64,000 nt of DNA from an uncultured beta proteobacterium (GTDB lineage: Bacteria > Pseudomonadota > Gammaproteobacteria > Burkholderiales > JAEUMW01). The first letter of the stretch is position 1. Each line of letters starts with the position of its first letter. Under the pieces are notes generated by a model. It was not told the DNA's origin. It was given only the letters and a program-made list of their open reading frames with translations, and did not search any database. Positions 41,360-52,395 of this stretch are shown piece after piece. The translations under genes were made by a program, and so were the position numbers. The DNA lies in the NCBI GenBank assembly GCA_963747225.1, contig CAVVES010000018.1:257346-321345 (forward strand), written 5' to 3'.

Positions 41360-41805
41360 GGCGGCGCCTCGCCGAACGTCTCGGAGAGGAGTCCCATATA
41401 GGCTTCGACCGCCGCCGGAATTTTCGTCCCGGTCACGAGCAGTTCGGAATCGCTCTCCCACGCAGTCGGCCGCAGGCGCACGAGCCAACCTTCGCCGTAA
41501 GGATCGGCATTGATCAGCTCGGGCGCCGTCTTCGCTCTGCCGTTCGCCTCGACGATGACACCGGCAACCGGCGACCGCACCGCGCGAATGATCTTCGACA
41601 TTTCCAGCAGCCCGAGGGACCGTTCGCGTTCAATGGAAGCCCCGGCAGGCTTCGGCATGAACTCGATGAACTCGCCCGAGATGTGGGCTCCGAGCGGCGT
41701 GATGCCGATGGTCGCGATGCCGTTCGTGTCGAGGCGTGCCCAGGTGTCGTGCTCGATCAGGTAGAACAGCGCGTCCGGAAAGTCGAAACCGCGAATTATC
41801 GTCAC
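41356..41805 (-). CDS. glycine-cleavage H-like (lipoyl-carrier-like) protein
   Basis: 149 aa, YLIEHDTWARLD..., candidate lipoyl-lysine in LLEMSKIIRAVRSPVAGVIVEAN, PYGEGWL. Confidence 0.7.
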   Translation of the reverse strand: MTIIRGFDFPDALFYLIEHDTWARLDTNGIATIGITPLGAHISGEFIEFMPKPAGASIERERSLGLLEMSKIIRAVRSPVAGVIVEANGRAKTAPELINADPYGEGWLVRLRPTAWESDSELLVTGTKIPAAVEAYMGLLSETFGEAPP

Positions 41806-41876
41806 GACAGGATTTGCTCGAAACGTATCCCTTGAATGATCCGAGCGCCGTCAGCTCGCATCGGGGCCGCGGTCGA

Positions 41877-42986
41877 TCATCCCTTCACCTCTTGCGCGGT
41901 CATGCTGTAGCGGAACTTCTGCGCGTCGTACTGGCTCGGCGTGCCCTTGGCCGTCTCGGCGTGCGGATACATGAAGTGTCCGAGGGGCTTGGTCGTTGTT
42001 GGGGCCAGGCGCGTGTCGCTGGCGGTGTTGAATCCGACCCAGTTCATTTCCCAATAACCGAACAGCGTCTTCCGCGCGAGATCGACGCGCGGGTCGTGAA
42101 GCGGAAGCTGGCGCTCCTTTTCCTCCTCGAGGACGACTTTTCGCACGTCGGCGGGATCGACTGGAATCCAGCCGAAGTTCGGATGATAGAACTCGGCGCG
42201 GCAATGCTGCGCCTTCGTGATGTCCCCGCTTTTGCCCAGGCTCTTCCAGGTCGCGGAATCGGCAACGCGCACGCCGTACAAGTCCCGTGCGGGGATACCG
42301 GCCGCCCGTGCGAGCCCGACGAAGAGCGCGTTCAGATCCGCGCACTTGCCGCCGAGATTCCCGGATTCGAGCATGAAGCGGATGTCGCCGGTGCCGCAGC
42401 CCACAACCTTCGGGTCGCGGTAGGTGTTCTCGACGATCCACTCATAGATCGCACGCGCGCGCTCGACCGTGCTTGCGCTGGCAGTTGGCAGGATGCGGGT
42501 CGCGGTCGCGCGCACGATGCCGTCGGTAGGAATGTGCGCCGACGGCTGCAGATACAAGTCGAGTTCCTCCCGCGACACAGGATGCAGCGCGCCAGGTTTC
42601 GTCGTATCGATGTGCCGGTTGCGCGTCGCGACGAGGAAGGTGACCTGCAGCGTCGGCGGCGCGTTGCGCTCTTCCCATCGTGCGAAAAACGCCGGCGCAC
42701 CGTATTTCGGATCCCGATAGATTCCGGTCTGTGTCGGGTTGCCGGTCCAGCGGATGTCGAGCGTCCGCTGGTAATCGGTGTCGCGATACTGGGGCAGCGG
42801 CAGCCAGACTTTCGCGGGAACGTCCTCCGGTGTGAATTCAACGGCGGTGACCACTTCGAAGTGGCGCCACCCCGCATCGGTGGGCGGAGCTTCGAGCGCT
42901 TTGTCGGGCGCGGCGTTGGCGATCTGCGGCATGGCTGCAGCAGCAGCGGCCGCGGCTGAAACATTCAGGAACGTACGTCGATCCAT
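41877..42986 (-). CDS. Tat-exported transglutaminase-like protein
   Basis: MDRRTFLNVSAAAAAAAAMPQIANA twin-arginine signal. Transglutaminase-core-like CADLNALFVGLARAAGIPAR...HCRAEFY...GWIPVD (Cys-His-Asp). Confidence 0.7.
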   Translation of the reverse strand: MDRRTFLNVSAAAAAAAAMPQIANAAPDKALEAPPTDAGWRHFEVVTAVEFTPEDVPAKVWLPLPQYRDTDYQRTLDIRWTGNPTQTGIYRDPKYGAPAFFARWEERNAPPTLQVTFLVATRNRHIDTTKPGALHPVSREELDLYLQPSAHIPTDGIVRATATRILPTASASTVERARAIYEWIVENTYRDPKVVGCGTGDIRFMLESGNLGGKCADLNALFVGLARAAGIPARDLYGVRVADSATWKSLGKSGDITKAQHCRAEFYHPNFGWIPVDPADVRKVVLEEEKERQLPLHDPRVDLARKTLFGYWEMNWVGFNTASDTRLAPTTTKPLGHFMYPHAETAKGTPSQYDAQKFRYSMTAQEVKG

Positions 42987-43082
42987 GTTGCACTTCCTTT
43001 CAAATTTGTCCGCGCCGAACCGGCGACGAACCGTCGCAATCCGCGTCGGCTACGCATGGCGCTGCCGACGCGGGTTTGTTCG

Positions 43083-43178
43083 TGGCGGAAGAGAATGGGA
43101 GTCGAACCCACCCGGAAGCGCCTAGCGCCCCCAACCGGGTTTGAAGCCCGGCCGCCCCACCAGGGACGATTCTCTTCC
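43083..43178 (-). tRNA. selC: tRNA-Sec (anticodon UCA)
   Basis: Reverse complement GGAAGAGAATCGTCCCTGGTGGGGCGGCCGGGCTTCAAACCCGGTTGGGGGCGCTAGGCGCTTCCGGGTGGGTTCGACTCCCATTCTCTTCCGCCA. It has an 8-bp acceptor, long extra arm, CT-TCA-AA loop and encoded CCA, immediately after selB. Confidence 0.9.
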
Positions 43179-45163
43179 TATGAAAGCTGCTCATCGACCG
43201 CGTTCCGGCGCGTTCCGCCACTTGCCGAGGCAGGCGCGACATCGATCGAAACCAGATTGTCTGCCCGCACAACATGCTTGTCGCGCACGCGGCGCGTGAA
43301 GCCGACGCGGTCGAAGAATTCGAGTACCTGGATCGCGCGCTTGCGACCGAGTCCACTACGGTCGCGAAAAAGCGCTGCCCGCACTTCGCCCTCGGTCTCC
43401 TGCAGGCTGTTCGCCAGCGCAGCAAGGTCGCGGATCGCGAGCGGATGGTAGAACAAATCACGCACGACCTGGTAGATCTGACCGCGCTTCGACGCGCGGA
43501 TTAGCGCCGCCCGCACCAGGGCCTCTGGTTGTGCGGCTCCCCGCGCCAGATCGCGCACCCATGGCGGATCGAACGGCGTGTCGAGAAGTCGCGGCAGCAG
43601 CTTCTCCACCAACGCCCGCTCCTGAGGCGACGGCGCGTTGTCGTGTCCCGGCAGGTGCAGCCAGGGTCCGCCCCTGCGAACACGTTGCTGCGCGAGCAGG
43701 TCGTCGACGAGCGCGAGGTACAGCGCGTTATCGAGTCTGGGAAACGCCATTCGCTTCAGTCGAGCGCCGTCGGGACCGAGTTCGTCAGGATGTGCAAGGT
43801 GAAAAGCAGCGAGATGCTCCTCGGCGCGCGACTGGAGCGCGCACCAATGGTCCTCGCCGATGGCGAAATCAGTCGCCTCGCGCGTGACGCGGCGCGCAGA
43901 GAGTCCATGCATCAAGGCGGAAACATCGCGGATATTGCCGGCGCTGGTGAAGCGCTTGAGATCCACTCCAGACGGCGCGTGCTCGACGAGCTGCGCCAGC
44001 TGCAATGCGGGTGTGTCCGCCTCCAGCGCTGCCAGCACTGACAACCGCTCGGGCGAGCGACGGTAGCGTGTCGGCGCGAACGGGTCCAGCACTCGACCGC
44101 CGCCTATGGTCCGCACTGCCGATGTGTCGCGGATGATGAAGCGGTCGCCGCGCCACGCCGCGATGCGATTCTGTAGAACGATCTGGACCAGTTGGCTTGA
44201 GCCCGGCGCGAGCTCACCGCGATCGGACGGCGCATCGGTGTCCCCCTGCAGCGCCACGATCCGCCCCGGAACGTGCGCAGCGCCCAGGTGCACGTTGACC
44301 GTCACACCGGAACGCAATGGTTTGGACTCGCGATCGAGCAGTTCGAGCCGCGCGTCGAACCGCTCCGTCGTCAGCGCGACCGCGGGATCGACGATCCAGT
44401 CGCCACGCTTCACATCCTGGTAGCTGATACCGACGAGGTTCAGCGCGCAGCGCTGGCCGGCCACACCACGTTCGCTCGGCCGATTCTGTGCGTGGATCGA
44501 TCGGACGCGAACATTGCACCCCGACGGGACGACCATCAGAGTGGCGCCCAGACCGACTTCGCCAGAATGCACGGTACCGGTCACAACCGTCCCGATCCCT
44601 GCGAGCGCGAACGACCGGTCGACTGCCAAACGGAAGTAGCGGCTGTCCGCGCATCGATGATGTTCCTCAGCACGCTCCGCGAGATGCTGCCGCAAGGCAG
44701 CGATACCGGCGCCCGTGCGGCCGGAAACGACAAAGATCGGCGCGGCCGCGAGCGGTGTGTGCGCCACCAGCATTCGCAACTCGCGCTCGACGGTGGCAAC
44801 GCGCCCAGCGTCGACCGCGTCGACCTTGGTCAGCGCGATCGCGCCTGCGCGAATGCCGAGCAGCGTCAGGATATCGAGATGCTCTCGCGTCTGTGGCATC
44901 ACTCCATCGTCCGCCGCCACGACCAGGAGCGCGAAGTCGATGCCGGTCGCGCCGGTGAGCATCGTGTGGATGAACCTCTCGTGTCCCGGCACATCGATGA
45001 ACCCAAGCACGTCGCCGTTGGCAAGCGACGCGTACGCGTAGCCGAGTTCGATCGAGATGCCGCGGGCTTTTTCCTCCGGCAGGCGATCGGTGTCGACGCC
45101 CGTGAGCGCGCGCACGAGCGTCGTCTTGCCGTGGTCGATGTGTCCTGCGGTGCCGATGATCAT
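43178..45163 (-). CDS. selB: selenocysteine-specific translation elongation factor
   Basis: 661 aa, [22 protein letters not shown]..., DVPGHERF, C-terminal winged-helix region ([18 protein letters not shown]). Confidence 0.9.
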   Translation of the reverse strand: MIIGTAGHIDHGKTTLVRALTGVDTDRLPEEKARGISIELGYAYASLANGDVLGFIDVPGHERFIHTMLTGATGIDFALLVVAADDGVMPQTREHLDILTLLGIRAGAIALTKVDAVDAGRVATVERELRMLVAHTPLAAAPIFVVSGRTGAGIAALRQHLAERAEEHHRCADSRYFRLAVDRSFALAGIGTVVTGTVHSGEVGLGATLMVVPSGCNVRVRSIHAQNRPSERGVAGQRCALNLVGISYQDVKRGDWIVDPAVALTTERFDARLELLDRESKPLRSGVTVNVHLGAAHVPGRIVALQGDTDAPSDRGELAPGSSQLVQIVLQNRIAAWRGDRFIIRDTSAVRTIGGGRVLDPFAPTRYRRSPERLSVLAALEADTPALQLAQLVEHAPSGVDLKRFTSAGNIRDVSALMHGLSARRVTREATDFAIGEDHWCALQSRAEEHLAAFHLAHPDELGPDGARLKRMAFPRLDNALYLALVDDLLAQQRVRRGGPWLHLPGHDNAPSPQERALVEKLLPRLLDTPFDPPWVRDLARGAAQPEALVRAALIRASKRGQIYQVVRDLFYHPLAIRDLAALANSLQETEGEVRAALFRDRSGLGRKRAIQVLEFFDRVGFTRRVRDKHVVRADNLVSIDVAPASASGGTRRNAVDEQLS

Positions 45164-45172
45164 GCAGCAGGG

Positions 45173-46429
45173 TTACTCATGAATCCCACGACGAAGCCAC
45201 GTCGTGAAAGAGTGCATCGAAACGGAAGGGCGAAGCGGCGGAGTTCTTTCGCCGGCGCGTTCGCGGCCCGCCGGCTCCTTCCCGCTTCGACGTCGCAGCT
45301 CGATCGCTTCAGCCCGCCGCTTGCGCAGCCACACCCAGAGTCCCGTCGAGATCAGGAGAAGCGGGGCAAGACCGGTTGCGAACATCGCGATCAATCCCGG
45401 CTTGCCGAACGCCGTGCCGCTGTGCAAAGGGAACAGCCAGTGCATGAAGGTTTCGCCGGCGGTCCGCGTTCGATCGCCGCGTTCGAAAAGAAAATCGCCG
45501 CTTGCAGGATCGACCCAGACGAGGGTGTCTCCGAGCCGGTGTACGTCTCCTGGTCCACGAAGGTAGAAGAGATAGCCACCGGGCAGGCGGGTGGGGATGT
45601 GTATCTCGGTGATCGCCTGTCCCGGATGGGCAGCTTTCACGCTGGCGATCAGCTCCTCGAACGATGGCCATTTCGCGGCGGAATCGTCGCGCCACGGCAC
45701 CACCGGAAATGGCGCCACCTTCGAAAACAGACCGACCAGATCACGTGCGTATTTGAGATACACGAGGGTGCTCCCAGTCAGCGTGGCGAGCAGGAGGAGC
45801 GCGCAGAGCAACGAACCGAGCGAGCGATGAACGTCGAACAGAATCCGCGTCGCGCCGGCGCGCACCTTCACTGTCACCAGACGCTTCCACCCGCTGCGCT
45901 GACGCGGCCACGCCGCGTACATGCCGGTCAAGGCAGATGCGAGCATCAGGAATCCGGCAACTCCGACCAGGTTGGAACCGGCGTTACCGAGCAGCACGTT
46001 CCGGTGAAAGTCGTAAACGGTCTTCACGAGGTACGGCCGCGCCAATCCGCGCGCGGCCGCGTCGCGCGTACCGAGCAGCTCTCCGCTCACCGGACTGAAC
46101 GTAGCTTCGACCCGCGCCGGCGCAATGCGCACGCGGGGTCCGACCTGGACGATCGCCCGATACACGTCGCCGCGCTCCACCGGCAAGGTCAAGCGCTCGA
46201 TCCGCGAAAAGCCGAACTCCTTCCCGACGCGAGCGTAGATCGCTTCCGGCGGCAACCACGCACCGGTGTGCATGTCACGCAGCAATTCCGGATTGAGGTA
46301 CGCGTCGACCGGCGCCTCGTACACGAGGATGCTGCCGGTGATGCCGACGAGCGCGAACCAGACGCCGAGCCCGATACCGAGCCAGCGGTGGAGCAGCACC
46401 CATGTACGTTTGCGACTCGGTGCCGCCAC
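45173..46429 (-). CDS. PepSY-associated TM-helix protein
   Basis: 418 aa, GTG start, [26 protein letters not shown], several further TM segments. Confidence 0.7.
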   Translation of the reverse strand: MAAPSRKRTWVLLHRWLGIGLGVWFALVGITGSILVYEAPVDAYLNPELLRDMHTGAWLPPEAIYARVGKEFGFSRIERLTLPVERGDVYRAIVQVGPRVRIAPARVEATFSPVSGELLGTRDAAARGLARPYLVKTVYDFHRNVLLGNAGSNLVGVAGFLMLASALTGMYAAWPRQRSGWKRLVTVKVRAGATRILFDVHRSLGSLLCALLLLATLTGSTLVYLKYARDLVGLFSKVAPFPVVPWRDDSAAKWPSFEELIASVKAAHPGQAITEIHIPTRLPGGYLFYLRGPGDVHRLGDTLVWVDPASGDFLFERGDRTRTAGETFMHWLFPLHSGTAFGKPGLIAMFATGLAPLLLISTGLWVWLRKRRAEAIELRRRSGKEPAGRERAGERTPPLRPSVSMHSFTTWLRRGIHE

Positions 46430-46435
46430 GACCGG

Positions 46436-46678
46436 TCACAACCCGGCGAGTTGCTCGACGAAGCGCGCTTCGTCTTCGAGGCAGCGCAGATCGAGCAGCA
46501 GGCAGCCGTCGGCGAGGCGGCCGATGACGGGAATCGGCAAACGCCGCAGCCGTTCCGCAAGACGGTTGAGAGCACCGCTGCGCCGCTTCTCGCGCTCTTC
46601 CGGCTGGATGGCCAAGGCGATGCTGGGCAGCAAATCCACCGGCAGCGATCCACTGCCGATCTGGCTCGCGACTTCCTG
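46436..46678 (-). pseudogene. selA: C-terminal 81-codon remnant of L-seryl-tRNA(Sec) selenium transferase
   Basis: Own translation just downstream of an in-frame TGA at 46679-46681: [26 protein letters not shown]...[28 protein letters not shown]. This matches the SelA C-terminus ([22 protein letters not shown]). Nothing resembling the N-terminal approx 390 aa lies upstream. Confidence 0.7.
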
Positions 46679-46766
46679 TCAACGCCGGCCGTGTTTCACC
46701 GAGCAGATTGGATATCCCAGTTCAACCGGGATCGCATGGCCGGCGGCGTTAGTAAGCGACGCTACC

Positions 46767-49112
46767 TCACGTCTTCAACTGATCGCGGATCGGCAGTTGC
46801 CGTATTCGTTTCCCCGTCGCGGCGAAGATCGCATTGCACAACGCCGGCGCAATCGGGGGCACTCCCGGCTCACCCACCCCTCCCATCGGCTTGGAATAAT
46901 CTCCGGGCAGAATGTGCACGTGGATTTCGCGCGGCGCCGCTGGCATGCGCAAGAGCTCGTACGTATTGAGATTGTCCTGTTGCACGCGGCCGTCCTTGAA
47001 CGTGATCTCGTTCAGCATCGCGACCCCGACGCCCATGACGCAGGCACCCTCCATCTGCGCGCGGATACGATCGGGATAGACGGTTGCGCCGCAATCCACT
47101 GCAACGTCGACGCGCGGAATGGTCACTTCACCCTTGTCGTCCACCGCCACCTGCACAACCGCGGCGATGTAGCTCACGAAGCTGTAATGTCCCGCGATGC
47201 CCATCCCCTGCCCTTTGGGCAACGATTTGCCCCAGCCCGCATTGCGCGCGGCGGTCTCGATCACCCGCCGCAGGCGGCCGGTGTCCACCGGATAGCGTTC
47301 CGGCGATTCGTCGTGGTTCCACGTATCGCCCAGCACGGTGGGGCTCACCTTCCGAGCTGGTCCGATCACTTCGAGGAGATAGTCTTTTTGGTCCCGTCCG
47401 GCTGCTGTGGCAAGCTCCGCGACGAACGACTGCACGGCGAACGCATGGGGGAGGTTCGACACGGAGCGGAACCAGCCGATGCGGGTGTGCGCAATGGCTT
47501 CCGGATTCTCGATGCGCACATTGGGAATCGCGAAGGGAATATTGATCGCGCCCATGCCTAGCTCAAAGGGCACCTCGTTCCGCGCTTCGGCATTGAAGGT
47601 GGAGACGATGGTGGGCGCAACCGTCCGGTGCAACCATGCGACCGGCCGGCCCTGCGCATCCATGCCCGCTTCGAGATGCTCGACGGACACCGTGTGGAGG
47701 TAATCGTGATGCAGGTCGTCTTCCCGCGTCCACGTGACCTTCACCGGCTTGCCGTCCATGGCCTTGGAGAGCACCGCAGCCTCGATGCCGTAATCGGGCT
47801 TGGACTTGCGCCCGAAACCGCCCCCGAGAAGGGTCACGTAAACCGTCACGTCCTCGACCGCCATACCCAGCCGCTTGGCGGCGCGGTCGCGGGCAGCTTG
47901 GGGAGACTGGAAGCAGCCCCACACTTCACACTTGCCATTGGCGATACGGGCAGTCGCCGCGGGCGGCTCCATGGTCGCATGGGCAAGATGCGGCATGTAG
48001 TACTCCGCCTGCATCCGCCGCGCAGCACTGCTGAGAGCACTGTCGACATTGCCGTCGTTGCGCACGACCTTCCCACCGGGTTTGCGAGCCGACTCCTCGA
48101 GCGAGGTCTTGAAGGCCGCGGAATCGTAGCTGGCATTCGGACCGGCCTCCCAAACCACTTTCAACGCATTGCGTCCCTGCATCGCCGCCCAGGTGTTGCG
48201 CGCGATGACCGCGACGCCTCCGAGGGGATTGAACTCCGGTGGCGGCGGAGCACCCTCAATTTCCACGACGCGAATGACGCCTGGCACCTTGAGGGTGTCC
48301 GTCGCGTCGTAGCTCGTGGCCTTGCCGCCCAACACCGGCGGCCGCGCGATCACGGCGTAGAGCATGCCGTCGAGTCGCGTATCGATGCCGTACTGCGCCT
48401 TGCCGCTCACGATGTCCGGCGCGTCCACCAGCTTGAGATCGCTCTTCCCGATGTAACGGAATTGCGCGGGATTCTTGAGACGAATCGCATCCCGCTTCGG
48501 AATTGGGGTGGTCGCGGCGGCCTTCGCGAGCGCGCCATACCCCAATCGGCGTCCGGTCGGACCGTGCACGACTTCGTGATTCTTCGCATGCACCTGGCTC
48601 ACGGGCACGCCCCATCGCGCAGCGGCGGCGGCCTCGAGCATCATGCGCGCCGCGGCGCCGCAGCGGCGCATCGGCTCGAAGAAGTGGCGCGTGCTACGCG
48701 AGCCGTCCGTGTCCTGGTTGCCGTAGCGCAGCTCGTCGCCGGGCGCCTGGGCGACGTGCACGCGCTTCCAGTCCGCTTCCAACTCGTCGGCTACGATCAT
48801 GGGCATGCCGGTGCGCACACCCTGTCCCATCTCCGAGCGGTGGCACACGATCGTGACTATTCCATTCTCGGCGATCCCGACGAAGACCAGAGGATCGTCG
48901 ACCCAGCCGTGGGGCATGTTGTCCACGCCGTATTTGCGCGGCTGCGACTCGGCGGCCCGCAACACCGTGGAAAATCCCGCTGCCAGTACCAGGCCGCTCA
49001 GCGCCGACATGCGCTGCAGAAAGCGCCGCCGGCTCACATTGGCGATCACCAGGTTCTCATCCAGCTGTACCATGCCCGCCCGGGCACGCGTCAAATCGCG
49101 CGGCGCGTTCAT
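46767..49112 (-). CDS. molybdopterin-binding subunit of an IorB/aldehyde-oxidase-type dehydrogenase (Tat signal)
   Basis: MNAPRD...[16 protein letters not shown] twin-arginine signal, about 781 aa. ATGA overlap with the upstream 2Fe-2S subunit. Confidence 0.85.
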   Translation of the reverse strand: MNAPRDLTRARAGMVQLDENLVIANVSRRRFLQRMSALSGLVLAAGFSTVLRAAESQPRKYGVDNMPHGWVDDPLVFVGIAENGIVTIVCHRSEMGQGVRTGMPMIVADELEADWKRVHVAQAPGDELRYGNQDTDGSRSTRHFFEPMRRCGAAARMMLEAAAAARWGVPVSQVHAKNHEVVHGPTGRRLGYGALAKAAATTPIPKRDAIRLKNPAQFRYIGKSDLKLVDAPDIVSGKAQYGIDTRLDGMLYAVIARPPVLGGKATSYDATDTLKVPGVIRVVEIEGAPPPPEFNPLGGVAVIARNTWAAMQGRNALKVVWEAGPNASYDSAAFKTSLEESARKPGGKVVRNDGNVDSALSSAARRMQAEYYMPHLAHATMEPPAATARIANGKCEVWGCFQSPQAARDRAAKRLGMAVEDVTVYVTLLGGGFGRKSKPDYGIEAAVLSKAMDGKPVKVTWTREDDLHHDYLHTVSVEHLEAGMDAQGRPVAWLHRTVAPTIVSTFNAEARNEVPFELGMGAINIPFAIPNVRIENPEAIAHTRIGWFRSVSNLPHAFAVQSFVAELATAAGRDQKDYLLEVIGPARKVSPTVLGDTWNHDESPERYPVDTGRLRRVIETAARNAGWGKSLPKGQGMGIAGHYSFVSYIAAVVQVAVDDKGEVTIPRVDVAVDCGATVYPDRIRAQMEGACVMGVGVAMLNEITFKDGRVQQDNLNTYELLRMPAAPREIHVHILPGDYSKPMGGVGEPGVPPIAPALCNAIFAATGKRIRQLPIRDQLKT

Positions 49113-49582
49113 GCATTGGCTCCCTGCGTGCCAGCGGCACGCTTGATCGCGGTGCGGATGCGCACATACGTGCCGCAGCGACAGATGTTGCCCGCCATGG
49201 CTTCGTCGATGTCGGCATCGGTCGGCTTGGGCTTCTGCCTGAGCAGCACCGTCGCGGACATGATCTGCCCAGCCTGGCAGTAACCGCATTGGGGCACGCC
49301 AAGCTCGATCCACGCCGCTTGCACCGCCTTGCCGACCTTGTCGTTCCCGACCCCCTCGATGGTAGTGATCTCCTTGTTGGCGAGCGTGGAGATCGGCAGC
49401 ACGCAGGCGCGCGAGGGCTCGCCGTCAAGGTGCACGGTACAGGCGCCGCACAAGGCCATGCCACAACCGAATTTGGTTCCGGTGAGACCGATCTCGTCAC
49501 GCAGCACCCATAACAGCGGTGTGTCATCGGGCAAATCGATCTCATAGCGCTTACCGTTGATGTCGAGTGTAACCATCGTCAT
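49109..49582 (-). CDS. (2Fe-2S)-binding small subunit of the IorA type
   Basis: 157 aa, [35 protein letters not shown]. Confidence 0.85.
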   Translation of the reverse strand: MTMVTLDINGKRYEIDLPDDTPLLWVLRDEIGLTGTKFGCGMALCGACTVHLDGEPSRACVLPISTLANKEITTIEGVGNDKVGKAVQAAWIELGVPQCGYCQAGQIMSATVLLRQKPKPTDADIDEAMAGNICRCGTYVRIRTAIKRAAGTQGANA

Positions 49583-49775
49583 CTCCTCTCGGTGGGATCG
49601 GGAAATTGTCGGCTGCTTTCCCGTGGCGATGAGCGCACCGGGGGTGCTGCCGTATTGACTGCGTAGACCTTCTGCGGATGCGTAGAGTTCGGAAGAACAC
49701 GCTGGCAGGGTACCGCACTGGAAAAGGAGGAGTTACTCGGCGCGCATGGACGCGCCCGGCACTGTCAACATCCGG

Positions 49776-50189
49776 CTACGGAAGGGTCGAAGTCTCGGCT
49801 GCGATGACCCCTTCTTCCTTCAGTCCGAAACCCGCCGCCTGCTTGAACTCCAATGCTCCCATGCACGACCCCGGTGAGACGATGACCATCTGGCCCGGAG
49901 CAAGACGACCACGGCAGTTCTCTCCGAATGCGCGGGTGCGGTTAGCCGTCGCGACCACAATCACCAGGTCCGCGCCGTCGACTACGCGGTCTATGTCGTG
50001 ACCGGCATACGCGAGCGGCGCGAAGCCCTCCATCTCTCCGATCGCTCTTACACCGCCAGCCTGCCCGACTGCGGCGATGACATCGCGCCGCGCCTCGAAG
50101 TCGAACATGCCGACGCGATGTCCATGAGCGGCGAAGTCATAGGCAGTCGCACTCGCGCCCGCTCCTGACCCCAGTATGGCAACTCTCAA
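49776..50189 (-). pseudogene. N-terminal fragment of an opine (octopine/nopaline-type) NAD(P) dehydrogenase
   Basis: MRVAILGSGAGASATAYDFAAHGH Rossmann start, ends after ETSTLP at 137 aa. Family members I recall are roughly 350+ aa. The downstream frames do not continue the family pattern. Confidence 0.5.
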
Positions 50190-50330
50190 GCGCTGGCCTC
50201 CATGGTGGGTTCAGTATTGATCGTTGTTGACCGCTCGGATACGCCCGGACCCGATATATGAAGCACCGCGCTTGTTCGAATCGTAGCCACGCTCGACGCC
50301 AGTGGGTCCGCGCATCGAAGGAGATACCTG

Positions 50331-51937
50331 TCACTTGAGGCTGTCGATCGCTCCAGGACCCGGCGTCTGGATTGTTCCTCGCACGCGCGAAGCGAGGCTC
50401 AGAGCAATCTGCAGCGCGGATGCGATGTGTCTTCGGGAAACCCGCTTCGCTTTTCCAAGAACCCGCCGCAGACCCGACTCCTGGTTGAAGGGCCACGCGA
50501 GAAGCTCGGGCCATTCGCGGGCGATAATGTCTCGCTGAAGATTGCCGGAACGCCGGTAAGACACGGGCAGCGCAAGCATGCATTCGATAATGCGTCGGTG
50601 AGACAGCGGGAACAGGTCGTACCCGTAGTCGCAGTCGGCGTATGCCCACGCAGCGGCCCAGCACCCGCAGTCCTGTTCGAGCAGAAACAGCGCCAGCGTA
50701 TCGAGCGCATTGGTCGTCGGAACGCCGTCCAGCCACGCCCGCGCTCGCGCAATCAGCTCGGCATGGGGCGGGCATTTGCACAGCGCGACCAGCCGTTCCG
50801 GCGCAATGACTGTCGTCTCGTTATCGTCCGCCCCCCACCAGTAACCCCTTGCGAGTTCGCCCACGGTACCGAGCAGCGTGGCATGTCCGTTCCGAAGGCC
50901 CTTGTACATTCTCGCGCCTTGCCACCCGCGAACCTCACCGACGCAGCAGCCGGTCCGGTACGTCCACTCTTCGAGATCGTCCTGCGTAGCTGCCACCATC
51001 GACAGTACCCGGTGCTTGAAGCCAAAGCGGCTCGCGATTTGCCGTGCGCTGTGACAATCGATCTCAGCGATCTCGTCGTCGTGATTTGCCGTGACCATCT
51101 CCAATCGATCTGCCAGGTCCCGAGCGCAAGCAAGCAGCATCCGCGAATCCTTTCCCGCGGTCAGCATCAGATACGTCGGCGTCGTGGTCACGACGGCCCG
51201 GATCTGGCGCTTGACGATCATGGAGATCTCGGCGATCGCGTCTTCGGTGGAACACGATGCAGCCAGCGGGTCTTTCGGCCAGTGGCGCACGGGCTGCCAC
51301 TTGCCTAAGTCTAGGTAATGGTTGGGAAGTAGCCGATCGATCCCGTGACGCGGAGTGAGTCCAGCAGGATAGGAGCCCTGCCGGAAAGGAAAACCGATCG
51401 CCTGCACCAGTTCCACGCGAGGGCCGTTGTGCTTGTCGGAGGGTACGAGACTCGGTGTGGAAGCCAGTAGCCCCTGGCGCGCACAGTACACTGCGGCGAG
51501 CGAGCCGCAGGCATCAAGATAGAAGCGTCCCGCCGACCCATCGAGCCAGACCACGGCGAAGCGCCCGCCGAAGGAGTAGAGATCAACGCTTCCAGCGCAT
51601 CGGGCGACTCCCGGGTTTGCATTGACAGGTGGAGCGTTTCGTCATCCGCAAGCAACCGGCCGTCCTCGCTGATCGGGTAGCCGAGTATCCAGCCGGCGGC
51701 GCGACCATCGTTGTCGATCAAACGCATCACCGGCAGGTTCGGGTGCCGCCCGAGAAACCACGAGCCGATGGACTCGACCAGCCATCCGGACGGCGCAGGG
51801 TTTTCATGTTTACAGAGGACGAACTGGCCGATCAGCTTCGACCCATCAACCGCCGATAATCGCGACTTACCATCGCGGGACACGCTTCCAGGAATTCTGT
51901 TCAGCGCTGCTCTCGATTTAGTCGTGGTCGCGACCAT
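50331..51937 (-). pseudogene. hypothetical PP-loop-like (asparagine-synthetase-related?) protein with one frame change near 51575
   Basis: N-terminal part in the frame of ORF 51311..52048 (from MVATTTKS...), continuing as YSFGGRFAVVWLDGSAGRFYLD in the frame of ORF 50331..51554. LMLTAGKDSRMLLA resembles an SGGxDS PP-loop. Family assignment is weak. Confidence 0.35.
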
Positions 51938-52143
51938 GTTTCGGTTACCTGGCCATCTGGTGGCACCATACCGCTGGGCATCGATAGCGTACCGCAGGTG
52001 CTGACAAAAGGCTGAATCGCATGCCCATCCAACGGTCGATCGCAACAAGTGCGGTCCTTCGGGGGCTCGGCGCTCTCGGCCTTACAGTGAGTGCCGCAGC
52101 CGGTTATCCATGGATCGTCGACCCTTTTGGCACTGAGCAAACG

Positions 52144-52168
52144 AAAAAAGCCCGCATCTGCGCGGGCT
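52144..52168 (-). terminator. rho-independent terminator downstream of the tRNA-Phe fragment
   Basis: Minus strand AGCCCGC-GCAGAT-GCGGGCT followed by TTTTTT. Confidence 0.7.
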
Positions 52169-52200
52169 CATGGACTTGCTGATGCTGCTGAACAATTATT

Positions 52201-52246
52201 TGGTGGCCAAGGGCGGAATCGAACCACCGACACAAGGATTTTCAGT
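52201..52246 (-). other. 3' 46 nt of a tRNA-Phe(GAA)-like gene lacking its 5' half (att-type scar)
   Basis: Reverse complement ACTGAAAATCCTTGTGTCGGTGGTTCGATTCCGCCCTTGGCCACCA. This is the anticodon loop 3' part, variable loop, T-arm, acceptor 3' strand and CCA. No GGCCAAG acceptor 5' strand or D-arm lies upstream. Confidence 0.7.
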
Positions 52247-52395
52247 CACCTTGCGTTGCACTCCGAGTAAGTCCGTCTGCGTCCGCCGACTATCCACAAG
52301 TACCTGATTACAGGTGGTAGATGCGTCCATGTTCGTCCGATACAATGCGCTGGTAGCCGTGAATGAACGGCTACCATACGGCTACCGGGGACGAG

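Noticed and set aside
44273-46969. 898-aa + strand ORF, the longest in the window
   Set aside because: It is antisense to selB, the PepSY gene and the selA remnant. The composition is Arg/Ala/Pro-rich with no motifs, a typical shadow ORF.
46767-49313. Extra 67 N-terminal codons of the iorB-type ORF, and the + strand 551-aa ORF 47628..49283
   Set aside because: The twin-arginine signal follows the internal ATG at 49112, which overlaps the iorA stop. The + strand ORF is an antisense shadow.
52201-52290. A complete tRNA-Phe gene
   Set aside because: Only the 3' 46 nt are tRNA-like. There is no 5' acceptor strand (GGCCAAG) or D-arm upstream, and the would-be anticodon stem needs removal of 2 nt to pair.
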